DNA of 64,000 bases from an uncultured Methanosarcinaceae archaeon (GTDB lineage: Archaea > Halobacteriota > Methanosarcinia > Methanosarcinales > Methanosarcinaceae). Location of the stretch: contig CAWJYV010000008.1 in assembly GCA_963847185.1 (NCBI GenBank), positions 224,001 through 288,000 of the forward strand. Direction: 5' to 3'. A program made the position numbers and the translations under genes. This document shows, piece by piece, positions 27,945 through 38,868 of the stretch; positions within the stretch are counted from its first letter, which is position 1, and each line of letters opens with the position of its first letter. The notes under the pieces are model-generated. The model was not told where the DNA came from. It searched no databases and was given only the letters and a program-made list of their open reading frames with translations.

Positions 27945-28445
27945 AGAGATACGCAGGGAAGGATATGGAAAGGTATAATTCTTGAGCTCTATTATAACGG
28001 GAAAGCTCTTTCCCTTGACTATGTATCAGCGAGGTAATCAGTCGAAACCACATATTTATTGGGTAGACTACTCATGGACATTGTGAAGAAGATGTCCTTC
28101 TATGGGCTTATGGTCTGAACATTCTGCAGGACATATAGATAATACCGAAATTGTGGAATAAATTGCTAAAAAACTGGTTTTTGATTTTACAAAACCAGTT
28201 CGTGTCTATATGTCGAAGCAGGTGGTATTTTCTCAAGAGATAACGGAGACGGGCAGCTGGATGAAAACGAGTACTTGCTGGTATGGCAAATTTCTCTAAT
28301 CCTGTGCTGAGAATAGGAGAAATCTAACTGTCAGTGAGCAAAAACATTCTTCTCAAGGATGGAGTGACTCATGAACTTGAAGGAATAGTTGTCTATACTT
28401 CAGGAACTGATAAAGTCTATGTTCCTTCTGATGCTTGGTTAAGGC
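27945..28445 (+). pseudogene. Decayed 3' fragment of an alkaline phosphatase gene
   Basis: Across frames: EVISRNHIFIG*TTHGHCEEDVLLWAYG, GHIDNTEIVE*IAK, RDNGDGQLDENEYLL, HELEGIVVY; resembles the GWTTxGHxGEDVPLxAYG...IDNT motif of alkaline phosphatases. Confidence 0.7.
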
Positions 28446-28577
28446 TTTTGTATTCTCCTTATTTCGGGGAGATCCTTTTTTGGAATTATTCTTACAGACG
28501 CAGATGTTTTATACTTATGTATATATCACATTAGAAATATTACATTCTAAATTTATATCTAAAGGTTTTGTGGATAT

Positions 28578-29843
28578 ATGCCAGCAGAATTTTTTTCATC
28601 TTTTTTTTCATCTTTACCTGATCTCTCAGTGCTTATCCTGCTGGGAGTCTTTACATTCACCGCTCTCCGGCAAATAGGATCTTTAAAGCTTAAGATCTGG
28701 CAGATTATGGCTTTCGGAGCTTCATTGGTGCTACTATTCGGGGAGATTTCACCTGAAAAAGCTCTTGAGGCAATCAATATTGATGTTCTTCTCTTTCTCT
28801 TTGGGGCTTTTTGCGTCGGAGAGGCGTTGAACAGGAGCGGGTATCTGGCCTGGCTCGGAAGCAGGATAGTATCTAAGGCCAGAAATACGGATCAACTTGT
28901 TTTGCTTGTGCTTTTCTCAACAGGGCTTCTTTCTGCTATCCTTATGAACGACACTCTGGCTATCATGGGTACTCCCCTTGTTCTCCAGTTTTCCCGGAAA
29001 TACGGGGTTTCTCCAAAGCTTATGCTTTTTGCCCTGGCTTTCGGAGTAACGACGGGAAGTGTTATGAGTCCTATCGGAAACCCCCAGAACCTTCTTATAG
29101 CAATTGATGGAAATATGGAAGCTCCGTTTGTAACTTTTTTGCATTCGCTCGCTTTGCCAACTATTATATGCCTTATCGTTGCTTATGCTGTGCTCAAACT
29201 ATTCTTTCGACGAGATTTTGGGAAATCGACCCTGATTCACTCAGAGGAAGCCATCACCGATCCTGAGCTTGCAAGGCTTTCAAAAATGGCTCTTTCTCTT
29301 ATGTTAATTCTTATAGCCTGTAAGATCTTTCTTGTTGAGTTTCTGCCTGCCTGGAATTTCAGTCTGAGCTGGCTTGCCCTGATATCTGCATCTCCTGTGC
29401 TTCTCCTGAGCCGAAGGCGCATGGAAATTTTAAAAAATATCGATTGGACAACTCTTGTTTTTTTTGTTTCGATGTTTGTCCTGATGGAGAGCGTATGGAT
29501 TTCCGGAACATGTCAGGAACTTCTTGACAGGCTGTCCCCGCAATTAGGCTCAGTACCAATGATCCTGGCTCTTAGTATCGGGCTCAGTCAATTTATCTCA
29601 AATGTTCCTTTTGTTGCGCTCTACCTGCCGGCTATGGGAAGTGCAGTTTCTCAAGAGCAGTTGATGGCTCTCGCTGCGGGAAGCACAATTGCAGGGAATC
29701 TATTAATTCTGGGTGCTGCAAGCAATGTTATAATCATTCAGAATGCTGAAAAAGAGGGTGAAACTCTTTCATTTATTGAGTTTTCCAGAATTGGATTTTT
29801 AATAACACTTTTAGACGCTATTATTTATTTTGTTTTTCTTTAA
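28578..29843 (+). CDS. ArsB/NhaD/CitMHS (IT superfamily) anion transporter
   Basis: Polytopic membrane protein; SAILMNDT, GSVMSPIGNPQNLLIA, ISNVPFV, TIAGNLLILGAASNVII. Confidence 0.9.
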   Translation: MPAEFFSSFFSSLPDLSVLILLGVFTFTALRQIGSLKLKIWQIMAFGASLVLLFGEISPEKALEAINIDVLLFLFGAFCVGEALNRSGYLAWLGSRIVSKARNTDQLVLLVLFSTGLLSAILMNDTLAIMGTPLVLQFSRKYGVSPKLMLFALAFGVTTGSVMSPIGNPQNLLIAIDGNMEAPFVTFLHSLALPTIICLIVAYAVLKLFFRRDFGKSTLIHSEEAITDPELARLSKMALSLMLILIACKIFLVEFLPAWNFSLSWLALISASPVLLLSRRRMEILKNIDWTTLVFFVSMFVLMESVWISGTCQELLDRLSPQLGSVPMILALSIGLSQFISNVPFVALYLPAMGSAVSQEQLMALAAGSTIAGNLLILGAASNVIIIQNAEKEGETLSFIEFSRIGFLITLLDAIIYFVFL

Positions 29844-30033
29844 CTCTAAAAAGCAATAAATTGTCGTAGATAAAACTAAAAAAGGCTATCATCGCCTAAA
29901 ATCAGTTTTTAAACGTTTTTGTCTCTTCTATTCATTTATCCTTTTTGTCTAAGTGTATATAAAGGCTCCCCTACCCTCTGATAAACTTGATATACTGTTA
30001 GCACATACATTTTTTTCTGGAAGATATAAGATC

Positions 30034-32145
30034 ATGACCCAGAATAATACTGATTCAAATACCAGGCGCAAACGCGCTAAAGGTACCGTACAGAAGAACA
30101 CCCTCGGGCCTGTTGAGGACCTTGAAACTCATGTTCGGTCCGACTGGTGGCAGACTCTTTTTAACTCTCTTTATCTTAAGACCGATGCCGATCTTCTGGA
30201 TGATATGGAGGTTACCAAGAAAGAGGTCGATCTAATTGTCTCCATCTTGGGGCTTGCTCAGGAAGAAAAAGTCCTTGATCTCTGTTGCGGACAGGGTAGA
30301 CATGTACTTGAGCTTGCAAGACGGGGGTTTTTGAATATTGAGGGGTACGACAGGTCTCAGTACCTAATCAGAAAAGCCAGAACCAGAGCACAGAAAGAAA
30401 ACCTGCAGGTCAGGTTCAGAGAAGGAGATGCAAGAAAACTTCCCTATCCTCCTGATACCTTTGACGTGGTTACTATCATGGGCAACAGTTTTGGTTATTT
30501 TGATTCTTCCCTTCAAGATCGAAAAATTCTTGAAGAAATATTTAGAGTATTAAAGCCGGGGGGCAAAATTTTCATCGATGCTGTAGATGGGGATTATATG
30601 AAAAAGAATTTCCAGCCGAGATCATGGGAATGGCTGGACAGAAAATATTTTGTTTGTAGAGAAAGAGCTCTTTCCTCAGATGGGGAGAGACTAATTTGCA
30701 GGGAAGTTATAAACCGCATTGACAGGGGGATAATTGCAGATCAGTTCTATGCAGAAAGATTATACAACAAAGAAAGTCTTTTTGAACTCCTTACAGCTTC
30801 AGGATTTAGCAGTCCCACTTTTCATACAACCTTCAGCCCGGTATCTGCAGGTACTCAGGATGCAGGTATGATGGAACAGAGGATCTTACTTTCAGCTTCT
30901 GTTGAAAAAGCCTGGCCTTCTTCTCTTCTGGCAGCCGCGAGTAAAAAGCCTTTGAACATTGCAGTTGTGCTGGGGGACCCAAGGAAAGAAGACCTGGTTA
31001 AGCCTGCATGTGTTTTTGACGATGATGATTTCGATACTCTTGAAAGAATGAAAAAGGCGCTTGCAGAAATTTCCTGCCTGAAATTCACCTTCTTTGATAA
31101 GCATGAAACCTTGATTGATGATTTGAAGAAAAAGGCAGGAAAAATTGATCTTGTGCTAAACCTCTGTGATGAAGGTTTTTACAATGATCCCACTAAAGAG
31201 CTTCATGTTCCTGCTTTGCTTGAACAGCTCAACATTCCCTATACAGGAGCAGGCCCTCAATGTCTTGCCTTCTGTTATGATAAATCCATTGTAAGAGGAG
31301 TTGCCAGGGAAATGGCAATCCCTGTTGCAAATGGGACCCTTGTGCTGGAAGATACAGATCTCTCAAAACTCTCTCTTTCTTTTCCCTTGCTCGTAAAACC
31401 TAACTCTGGGGATTCGAGCTTTGGAATTACGCAGAAGAGTATTGCTCACAGCATGGAGGAACTTTTTGAAATTCTGAAGGAGACTCGCGAAAAAATAGGA
31501 TCAAATAAACCACTCCTGCTTGAAGAATTCCTTCCCGGAAAAGATATCAGTGTTGGTATTATTGGAAATCCGCCTGCATGCACTGTACTGCCTGTCACTG
31601 AAGAGGACTACTCGGCAGTTCCGGAGAATCTTCCAAAAATTTGCGGCTATGAGGCTAAATGGCTTCCGGATTCTCCTTACTGGAACATCAAATCCGTGCC
31701 TGTAGATCTTCCTGAAGAAACCAGAGTGGAAGTTGTAAAATGCTGCCTTGTTCTTTTCAGCAGGTTGGGCTGTAGAGATTATGCGCGTTTTGATTGGAGA
31801 TTTGATGCCGAAGGTAGGCCCAGGCTTCTTGAAGTAAATCCCAACCCTGGATGGTGCTGGGATGGTCACCTGGCAAAAATGGCAGCTTATGCTAATGTTT
31901 CTTATTCCGGAATGCTTGCAGCCATTATCGAAGCTGCAAAGGAAAGGTATGGGCTTGGGACTGTTGGAAAGATAGAAGCCTCCAGAAAAATGCCTGAACC
32001 CACTACCAGAAAAAGTCCGGCTGAATATGCTGCCGAGTTCGAAGAAGAAATTGAAGCCAATAGTTCAATGGACTCCGAAAATAACAGGAAAAGAGGTTCC
32101 TTCCCAAATACTTCTGAAACGGTCCAGATCTTTGAAGGCATATAA
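30034..32145 (+). CDS. Class I SAM methyltransferase fused to a D-Ala-D-Ala-ligase-like ATP-grasp domain
   Basis: VLDLCCGQGRH, GDARKLP, MGNSFGYF; NLCDEG, IPYTG, LVKPNSGDSSFGI, EEFLPG, RDYARFDWR, LEVNPNPG; ATG 30034 preferred over GTG 29953. Confidence 0.9.
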   Translation: MTQNNTDSNTRRKRAKGTVQKNTLGPVEDLETHVRSDWWQTLFNSLYLKTDADLLDDMEVTKKEVDLIVSILGLAQEEKVLDLCCGQGRHVLELARRGFLNIEGYDRSQYLIRKARTRAQKENLQVRFREGDARKLPYPPDTFDVVTIMGNSFGYFDSSLQDRKILEEIFRVLKPGGKIFIDAVDGDYMKKNFQPRSWEWLDRKYFVCRERALSSDGERLICREVINRIDRGIIADQFYAERLYNKESLFELLTASGFSSPTFHTTFSPVSAGTQDAGMMEQRILLSASVEKAWPSSLLAAASKKPLNIAVVLGDPRKEDLVKPACVFDDDDFDTLERMKKALAEISCLKFTFFDKHETLIDDLKKKAGKIDLVLNLCDEGFYNDPTKELHVPALLEQLNIPYTGAGPQCLAFCYDKSIVRGVAREMAIPVANGTLVLEDTDLSKLSLSFPLLVKPNSGDSSFGITQKSIAHSMEELFEILKETREKIGSNKPLLLEEFLPGKDISVGIIGNPPACTVLPVTEEDYSAVPENLPKICGYEAKWLPDSPYWNIKSVPVDLPEETRVEVVKCCLVLFSRLGCRDYARFDWRFDAEGRPRLLEVNPNPGWCWDGHLAKMAAYANVSYSGMLAAIIEAAKERYGLGTVGKIEASRKMPEPTTRKSPAEYAAEFEEEIEANSSMDSENNRKRGSFPNTSETVQIFEGI

Positions 32146-32198
32146 ATTAAAAAATCGGGATGTGAAAATTTACTCTCTTTCTCATCCTTATTTTTTCT

Positions 32199-33293
32199 TT
32201 ACTTTTGAATAATAACTGTAAGAATATCTTCATCCTGCATTCTGTGATCGAGACCTACTCGCTGCCCGGGATGTTTAGCTGATGTGCCCCATATCTGAGC
32301 ATAGCGGAATTTCCTGCGGAAATCTCTGTGCAGGCGGTCACAGATCTGGCCTATATTGGTCCCGCTCATAACTATGAGTGGCTCTTCCATGTCTGCAGGC
32401 TGGCCCTGGGGTTTTAAGTAGACCCGAATGAAGCCCAGCCGGTCATAGATAGCGTCTTTAAGAGTTTCTATATTTATGCCCTGATGAGCTGAAATGAAGA
32501 TTGCGTTTGGAAACAATTCCCTGCGTTCCTCAATTAGCTGCGGATAGGCAAGGTCAACCTTATTAATAACTGTAAGGGATCTGACATAACTCCTGTTTTC
32601 CAGGACAACGTCAATAAGTTGATCAACTGTGATGTTTTCCCTTATAAGTACGCTGGCATTGTGGATCTTGTATTCATCAAGCACAGCCTTGATGGTTTCC
32701 TCGTCCAGATCAAGCTCGACGGTCGAGTTGATATCTACTCCGCCCCTATCCTTTTTCTTAATCACTACATCAGGAGGCTCTTCATCAACGCGGATTCCGG
32801 CCTGGTAAAGCTCGTCCATGAGTACATCGTAATGCTTGGGCTGAAAGACATCAAGCAAAAGTATAACCATATCCGAGTTTCGGATAACTGATATGACTTC
32901 TTTTCCACGCCCACGTCCTGAAGACGCGCCTTTCACAAGTCCAGGGACGTCAAGGAACTGGATTGTTGCTCCTTTATGCTCCAGCACTCCTGGTACAACT
33001 GTAAGGGTTGTAAACTCATATGCTGCCACTGCAGACTTAGCGCCTGTGATTTTATTCAGAAGCGTGGATTTTCCTACTGATGGAAAACCCACAAGAGTTA
33101 TGGTTCCATCTCCTGATTTTCTGACCGAGTATCCTTCCCCTCCGCCTTTTGAGGAAGCTTTCTTTTCCACTTCATCTCGCAGGCGGGCTATTTTAGCTTT
33201 CAGCCTGCCTATGTGGTGGGAAGTTGCCTTGTTGTACTTGGTCTTTTGGATTTCGTCTTCGATTTCCTGTATTTGCTCCTGTATGCTGCTCAT
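32199..33293 (-). CDS. DRG/OBG-family GTP-binding protein with TGS domain
   Basis: NKATSHHIGRLKAK, GFPSVGKS, YEFTTL, DVPG, NKVD, C-terminal TGS. Confidence 0.95.
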   Translation of the reverse strand: MSSIQEQIQEIEDEIQKTKYNKATSHHIGRLKAKIARLRDEVEKKASSKGGGEGYSVRKSGDGTITLVGFPSVGKSTLLNKITGAKSAVAAYEFTTLTVVPGVLEHKGATIQFLDVPGLVKGASSGRGRGKEVISVIRNSDMVILLLDVFQPKHYDVLMDELYQAGIRVDEEPPDVVIKKKDRGGVDINSTVELDLDEETIKAVLDEYKIHNASVLIRENITVDQLIDVVLENRSYVRSLTVINKVDLAYPQLIEERRELFPNAIFISAHQGINIETLKDAIYDRLGFIRVYLKPQGQPADMEEPLIVMSGTNIGQICDRLHRDFRRKFRYAQIWGTSAKHPGQRVGLDHRMQDEDILTVIIQK

Positions 33294-33533
33294 CTGGAAC
33301 CTGCCGACTTCGGGACTGAAGAAATGATTTTCATATTATTTAGATAAAGAAACCGTATCAATACAGTCTCTACAAACCTTTTTTGATCCAAAACAGATCC
33401 GTCATCTGGATATTTTATCCTGAATAGTTGAATGAAATATATATACCTATGGAATGATTTGCTTGCTGGCCAAAAATAGTAACAACATTCTTGTCCATTT
33501 ATATTTCTTAATAAGTATAATAATATTTAAAGC

Positions 33534-35462
33534 TTATTCAAAAGGAGTTATTTCTCCTGTTCTTTCATAAACATGTATTCCCTGCGGAAGTTTTGAAGCA
33601 AATTCTCTTGAATTAAGAGTTATCATGAACCTCTTAATCTCAGGATTTTCAAGTAACTCTTTTCTTATCAGGAAATCATATTCCTCTTCTGCAAATTTCA
33701 TGAATTTAAGTTTGTTCTTTTCGGCGTAGTTTCTTTTGCCAACTCCTGCATCTGCCTTACCTGAGAGGACGGCTTCACAGATTGCGACCTCTGATTTTGC
33801 TCCAGAAGAGTATCCGGAGATAGAGGCGGTAAACTCTTTTTTGCTGACCCCCTTCTCGTCTGCAAGCTCTGCAATCTTAAGCTCAAGGAGAGCTCTTGTG
33901 CCTGAGCCCATGTTCCGGTTAATCAGGCGTTTTCCGGGCAGGTCCGAAAGGGCCGAGATAGTACTTTCCTGCCTGACAATGAGGCCTACATCCCTCCTGT
34001 ACCCTTTGACAAGTACAACATCAGAAAGTCCCATAGTCTTAATTGTAGGAATATTGTACAGGATTCCTGCTTGCTCTTTAGAAAATCTAAAGGGCATATT
34101 CACGCCTGCAATATCTGCTGTTTTTGCGGCAACTGCACTGAAACCTCCACTTGAGCCGGTATAAAGCGTCCTGATACGAAGCCTGCTCAGGTCTTCGAGA
34201 ACATCAATACCAGGGCAGAAGCCACCTGCAATTAAAAGATCTGGTTTTTCAACATCTCCGAAGAGGGTCACTTCTACTGCTGTTCCTGCCTCAATAAATT
34301 CTACCCTTGACGGAACCTCGATAAAACCATCTGCCCCGGAAAGGGACGTTATCGCACCTGATCCTCTGTCAGCAGGGTACACTTTTCCCCGTATCAGGCC
34401 GACTGGAATGAGTTGCTGTCTTCCTTCTGAACGGAGGTCAGTACCCATTATACCTGTTTCTACTTTTTTGAGCTCTATCTCGGCTCCAAGGGCTTTTCTG
34501 ACAAGTGGGGCTACGAACTCATTAAAAATCATTAACGCGGATGTTGGATTCCCAGGCAGCCCTATAATAGGGACACCTTTTATTATTCCAATTACTACAG
34601 GTTTTCCCGGTTTTATGCTGATTCCATGAGCAAGGGTTTCTCCGATCTCGTCTATGAGTCGGTACATAATATCCCCTGCTCCTGATGAAGTACTTCCTGA
34701 GGTAAGGATCAGAGCACATTCCGAAGCCGCAGTTTCAAGTACCTGTCTCATATCGGTTTCATTATCCTTTAAGATCCCGTAAAGTAGAGGGAAAGCTCCG
34801 CATTCCTTTACGCCTGCGTATAATGTGTATGAATTTGCATCATATACCTGTCCCCAACCCAGATTTTCTCCTGGACGTACAAGCTCGTCTCCCGTTGAGA
34901 TTATCCCTACCTGTAGCTTGAGGACTGAGACCTCTCTTTTTCCAACCGATGCGAGGACTCCGATTTCCCTGGTTCCGAGTTTCCTCCCTCTCCTGAGTAC
35001 ACGTTCTCCTTTAAGGATATCAGAGCCTGCTTTCATGATGTTTTCCCCAATAGTTACAGGTCTGTAGATAAGAACGGTACCTTCTTCTTCCGAGCTGTCT
35101 TCAACCATGACTACAGAATTAGCTCCTTCAGGTATTGGTGACCCGGTCGCTATTTCAACGGCTTCTCCCCCGGAAACCGTAATTCTTTTCTTCGAACCTG
35201 CCGGAATATTTCCCATTATTTTAAGCTTTACAGGTTCGGATTCATTACAGTCGTACGTGTCTTCTGCCCTTACTGCATACCCGTCCATTGTTGATCTTGG
35301 AAAGGGAGGGACGTTAATTTCGGTAACAAGGTCCTCTGCAAGAATTTTACCGTGGGCGTTCTCGAGAGCTGCCTCTTCTTTTACGGGAAGAACCTGCAGG
35401 CTGTTTATTATTTTTCGTGCCTCTTCTACAGAGATAAGTTGCCGAAATTCTTTGCGCTTCAT
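33534..35462 (-). CDS. moeA: Molybdopterin molybdotransferase MoeA with C-terminal PBP domain
   Basis: STMDGYAV, ISTGDEL, TSGSTSSG, IKPGKP, GLPGNP; C-terminal INRNMGSGTR. Confidence 0.93.
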   Translation of the reverse strand: MKRKEFRQLISVEEARKIINSLQVLPVKEEAALENAHGKILAEDLVTEINVPPFPRSTMDGYAVRAEDTYDCNESEPVKLKIMGNIPAGSKKRITVSGGEAVEIATGSPIPEGANSVVMVEDSSEEEGTVLIYRPVTIGENIMKAGSDILKGERVLRRGRKLGTREIGVLASVGKREVSVLKLQVGIISTGDELVRPGENLGWGQVYDANSYTLYAGVKECGAFPLLYGILKDNETDMRQVLETAASECALILTSGSTSSGAGDIMYRLIDEIGETLAHGISIKPGKPVVIGIIKGVPIIGLPGNPTSALMIFNEFVAPLVRKALGAEIELKKVETGIMGTDLRSEGRQQLIPVGLIRGKVYPADRGSGAITSLSGADGFIEVPSRVEFIEAGTAVEVTLFGDVEKPDLLIAGGFCPGIDVLEDLSRLRIRTLYTGSSGGFSAVAAKTADIAGVNMPFRFSKEQAGILYNIPTIKTMGLSDVVLVKGYRRDVGLIVRQESTISALSDLPGKRLINRNMGSGTRALLELKIAELADEKGVSKKEFTASISGYSSGAKSEVAICEAVLSGKADAGVGKRNYAEKNKLKFMKFAEEEYDFLIRKELLENPEIKRFMITLNSREFASKLPQGIHVYERTGEITPFE

Positions 35463-35733
35463 AGTATCGAGTCCAAATTTCGGTTTTCTGATGGATTTTT
35501 TACTTTAATAGCATTTCCCGTCCCGTTTTATACTTACTTTTCCTTTGCGGGAAAATAATAATAACAGTTTGGGTGAAAAAAGCCTCAGTTCAGAGAAGGG
35601 CCTGTATAAAGAGTTTGGATATATCTGCAGAAACAAAGCAAAACAGAATATATTTTTGCTTACGAGTGCAGGATAAACCCGGTAAAAAGATTGAAGCGGT
35701 TCTTTAAAGAAAGGTTCTTTCTTGAGATTGATC

Positions 35734-35763
35734 AAAAAAGAGTCAGGGCGGGAAATCCCGCTC
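35734..35763 (-). terminator. GC-rich hairpin plus U-tract after ilvE
   Basis: GAGCGGGA-tt-TCCCGCCC followed by TGACTCTTTTTT on the minus strand. Confidence 0.6.
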
Positions 35764-35794
35764 GAATTTGTTTTTATTCTTCAGGATTGCCCTT

Positions 35795-36673
35795 TTACTT
35801 GTAAATGGGAGTGCCTGTGCTCTGAGTTATTCTCTCAAAGGCTTCAACCATTTTCATTGTCAGGGGCCCGGGTTTGCCTGTACCTATGATTCTTCCGTCA
35901 AGTCTGGTCACGGGAGCAGATTCGGCTGCGGTACCTGTAACAAAGATTTCATCTGCCGTGTAAAGGTCAAAAAGGCCGAGATTTCCCTCGATGGTCTTAT
36001 ACCCCATTTCATCCAGAAGTTCGATGGCAGTAGCTCTGGTAATTCCTTTTAAGTTGCTTATTGTATAGGGGGTCAGGACATGATTGTTCTTGACTATGAA
36101 TATATTATCTCCGGAACCCTCACAGACGAAACCGTTTTGATCCAGGAAGATGGCTTCATCTCCTCCTTTTTCATTGGCTTCGATCTTTGCCAGAATATTG
36201 TTAAGATAGTTTAGAGATTTGATATTTGGGGATAGGGCGTCAGGTGCATTTCTCCGGATACAGACGCTGACTCCCGTGAGCCCTACTTCATAGAGGTTGC
36301 CGTACATGGCTCCCCAGCCCTGGGCTATAACAATAACGCTTGGCTTCTCACACTTGCGAGGGTCAAGCCCGAGATCTCCGACTCCTCTTGATACAATTGG
36401 GCGAATATAAGCGTCTTTAAGATTGTTTTTCCTGAGGGTTTCAAGGATTATCTCAGTCAGCTCTTCTTTTGTAACAGGGATATCCATTGCAATTGCCTTT
36501 GCTGAGTCGTAGAGCCTGTCAACATGCTCTTTTAACTTAAAGACACGCCCATTGTATGCCCTTATACCTTCAAACACACCATCGCCGTAGAGGAAACCAT
36601 GGTCATAGACCGAAACCTTGGCTTCGTCTTTGGGAACAAATTTCCCATCTAAGTAAATCAGTAACTCACTCAT
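35795..36673 (-). CDS. ilvE: Branched-chain amino acid aminotransferase
   Basis: [24 protein letters not shown] (PLP Lys), EGSGDN, GITR, TGTAAE. Confidence 0.96.
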   Translation of the reverse strand: MSELLIYLDGKFVPKDEAKVSVYDHGFLYGDGVFEGIRAYNGRVFKLKEHVDRLYDSAKAIAMDIPVTKEELTEIILETLRKNNLKDAYIRPIVSRGVGDLGLDPRKCEKPSVIVIAQGWGAMYGNLYEVGLTGVSVCIRRNAPDALSPNIKSLNYLNNILAKIEANEKGGDEAIFLDQNGFVCEGSGDNIFIVKNNHVLTPYTISNLKGITRATAIELLDEMGYKTIEGNLGLFDLYTADEIFVTGTAAESAPVTRLDGRIIGTGKPGPLTMKMVEAFERITQSTGTPIYK

Positions 36674-37020
36674 TTGCGAACAATCCTCTGAAATCTTCTA
36701 TCTTGTACAATTCTCTGTCTTATATTTTCAATTCTAATACATCTTTAATGTACAAGTCTTAATGGACCATTTACTTTTTTTCATTCATTGACAGTATGTA
36801 AGCTCTTTGCAGGGTTCTTAAAGGAACTCAAAGCTTCAGGGACGTTTTTATACTGGCAAATTTTTGTGTACAAAGCTGATATGGGGGAAGATACTGAATA
36901 TATATTACAATTCCGCTTCTAAATAAATATTTTTATATTTATCTATCCAATTTACTATCCATGCAAAAAGCTTTTATCTTAGAAGGCTCATTTCGTATTC
37001 CGCAGTATGAAAGGCAAATT

Positions 37021-37095
37021 GGGCTCGTGGCTTAGCCAGGATATAGCGCTGGGCTTCTAACCCAGACGTCGGGGGTTCAAATCCCTTCGAGCCCG
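37021..37095 (+). tRNA. tRNA-Arg (anticodon TCT)
   Basis: Acceptor GGGCTCG/CGAGCCC, anticodon stem CTGGG/CCCAG with loop CTTCTAA, T-loop GTTCAAATC; no intron, CCA not encoded. Confidence 0.97.
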
Positions 37096-37366
37096 CTCAA
37101 TTCCTTTCGCATTTTTAATTAGCTTCGAATGAAACTTTTCGTCCTTTTCTGGAATTTTCACCTTATGTAGTTTCTATAGGATTTCAAAAAAGAGTAAAGA
37201 TAGCTTTTAGGAAAAACATCTGAGATAAATTTTTGATCCTAATGTAATCCCCTGATTAATCTTTCAGTGATTAAGAAAAGATATAAGCCAGTTAAAGGCA
37301 AAGTTAAGCTTTTAGCTGACTTTGATAAGTCTTCTAATTTACTTCTTTTCATGCATACTCAAGAGC

Positions 37367-38089
37367 TTACTTCCGGACATTACTGCTACGGGTGACGGAC
37401 ATCATTTCAGCACTTTCTTCTGAGGGCATAATTACGGCCAGGATGATATATATTACCAGTCCAATCCCGTTGAAGAGAGCAAGAATAATAAAAGCGAGCC
37501 TCACAAGAGTCGGGTCAATTCCAAAATACTCTGCCAACCCGCCGCAGACTCCAAATATCTTGCGTTCAGTCTTGCTCCTGGTAAGACGTTTCTGCATGGT
37601 GTAAATAGTACTTTTTTCTTCTCTGGTTTCTTCCTTTGCCTTTTTTCCGGTTTCCTCTTTTGTTTCTGTTTTGAACTCTCCACTAGACTTTTTTTCTTCT
37701 ATGTCTTTCTCAGGTTTTGTCCATGATTTCTCTGTATAGCCAGTCTCAAGTTCTCCAGTTGCCTTGAATTCGCATTCTGGTACTTCTTTTCTTTGGGATG
37801 GGATGCCTCTGATAGATTCTTTTTCTTCCATATCTCTTTCAGGCTTTGCCCATGATTCCTGTGTATAGCCAGTTTCAGCCCCTGAAGATTTAAAATCACT
37901 CTCTTTCGGTTCCTTTCTTTCCAGGGAGGCATCCTCAGTTTTAAATTCCCCCCCGGTTTCTTTTTGCTTCATGTTTTTCTCAGGTTTTGTTCCTGATTCC
38001 CCTGTAAGACTTTCTTTAGCCACTCCCGGAACTTCAAATAAAACTTTTTTAGTTTCCTTTTTTTCCTGAGATTCGGTATTTTCCTGCAT
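37367..38089 (-). CDS. PspC-domain protein with a long repetitive acidic N-terminus
   Basis: C-terminal RLTRSKTERKIFGVCGGLAEYFGIDPTLVRL + TM; N-terminal ETGYTxxSWxKPExD repeats. Confidence 0.88.
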   Translation of the reverse strand: MQENTESQEKKETKKVLFEVPGVAKESLTGESGTKPEKNMKQKETGGEFKTEDASLERKEPKESDFKSSGAETGYTQESWAKPERDMEEKESIRGIPSQRKEVPECEFKATGELETGYTEKSWTKPEKDIEEKKSSGEFKTETKEETGKKAKEETREEKSTIYTMQKRLTRSKTERKIFGVCGGLAEYFGIDPTLVRLAFIILALFNGIGLVIYIILAVIMPSEESAEMMSVTRSSNVRK

Positions 38090-38182
38090 ACTGATTATTC
38101 TATTTATGGGGATTTATATTATTATGGTACTCCTTCGATCTTCCTTAGCGTCATTTCTTACCATTCTTCTTTAACTTCCAAT

Positions 38183-38547
38183 TTAGTGGCGGTCGGAGCA
38201 ATTACATTCTTTTTCCCTGTAGAAGATTCCATAAAGCATCAGAGGGAGGAATAAGGCTGCCAGTCCACTCTCAGGTTTTGGGAAGCATTTTTTTGCTGTC
38301 CTTATACTTGCAGTTGCGCTTATTCCAAGTTTCAGGTAGACCCAGTCCAGCAGGAATCCTGCTCCCAGAGCGCAGAGATAAATCACACCTGCATAAAGAA
38401 CTGCGGAGCGCTTTCCCGGAAAACGGGCAACCATTGTTAGGGTTGCTGCATTGGTTGCAGGACCTGCAAGAAGAAAAACGAAGGCTGTTCCCGGACTCAT
38501 CTCCTTGGCTACCAAACTTGCGGCAAGAGGAGTCGAGGCTGTAGTTC
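38183..38547 (-). pseudogene. 3' remnant of a DUF318-type (ArsP-like) metal permease
   Basis: TASTPLAASLVAK.MSPGTAFVFLLAGPATN; N-terminal part missing; altered C-terminus. Confidence 0.75.
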
Positions 38548-38863
38548 CAGGCACATCTCAATCAGTATGATGATATGTTCATCAGCAATATAATAAACCG
38601 TAAACTTTCCCTCTCGTCTGACCCGTACTAAGTCAAGCTGCCGAATAGTTCGAAGACTATGAGATATGACTGCGTAACATCCAGGGCCTTCAAGTTCGCA
38701 GACACATATCCCTTTCTGTCTTATCAAAAAAGAATTTTCAGGCGAATATCTTACCGAAGCGCCTGAAAAACTGCAGGTATCTTTGTGATTCTCTCGATAT
38801 CAGGGACCTTTTTTAACGTGTCCCCTAGCTACTTTATATCCACTCTTTCACATTTATCTTATA
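38548..38863 (-). pseudogene. ArsR/SmtB-family regulator pseudogene
   Basis: DKCERVD..KVPD..VFQALR*DIRLKILF / RQKGICVCELE / SHSLRTIRQLDLVRVRREGKFTVYY with stops and indels. Confidence 0.8.
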
Positions 38864-38868
38864 TGGAC

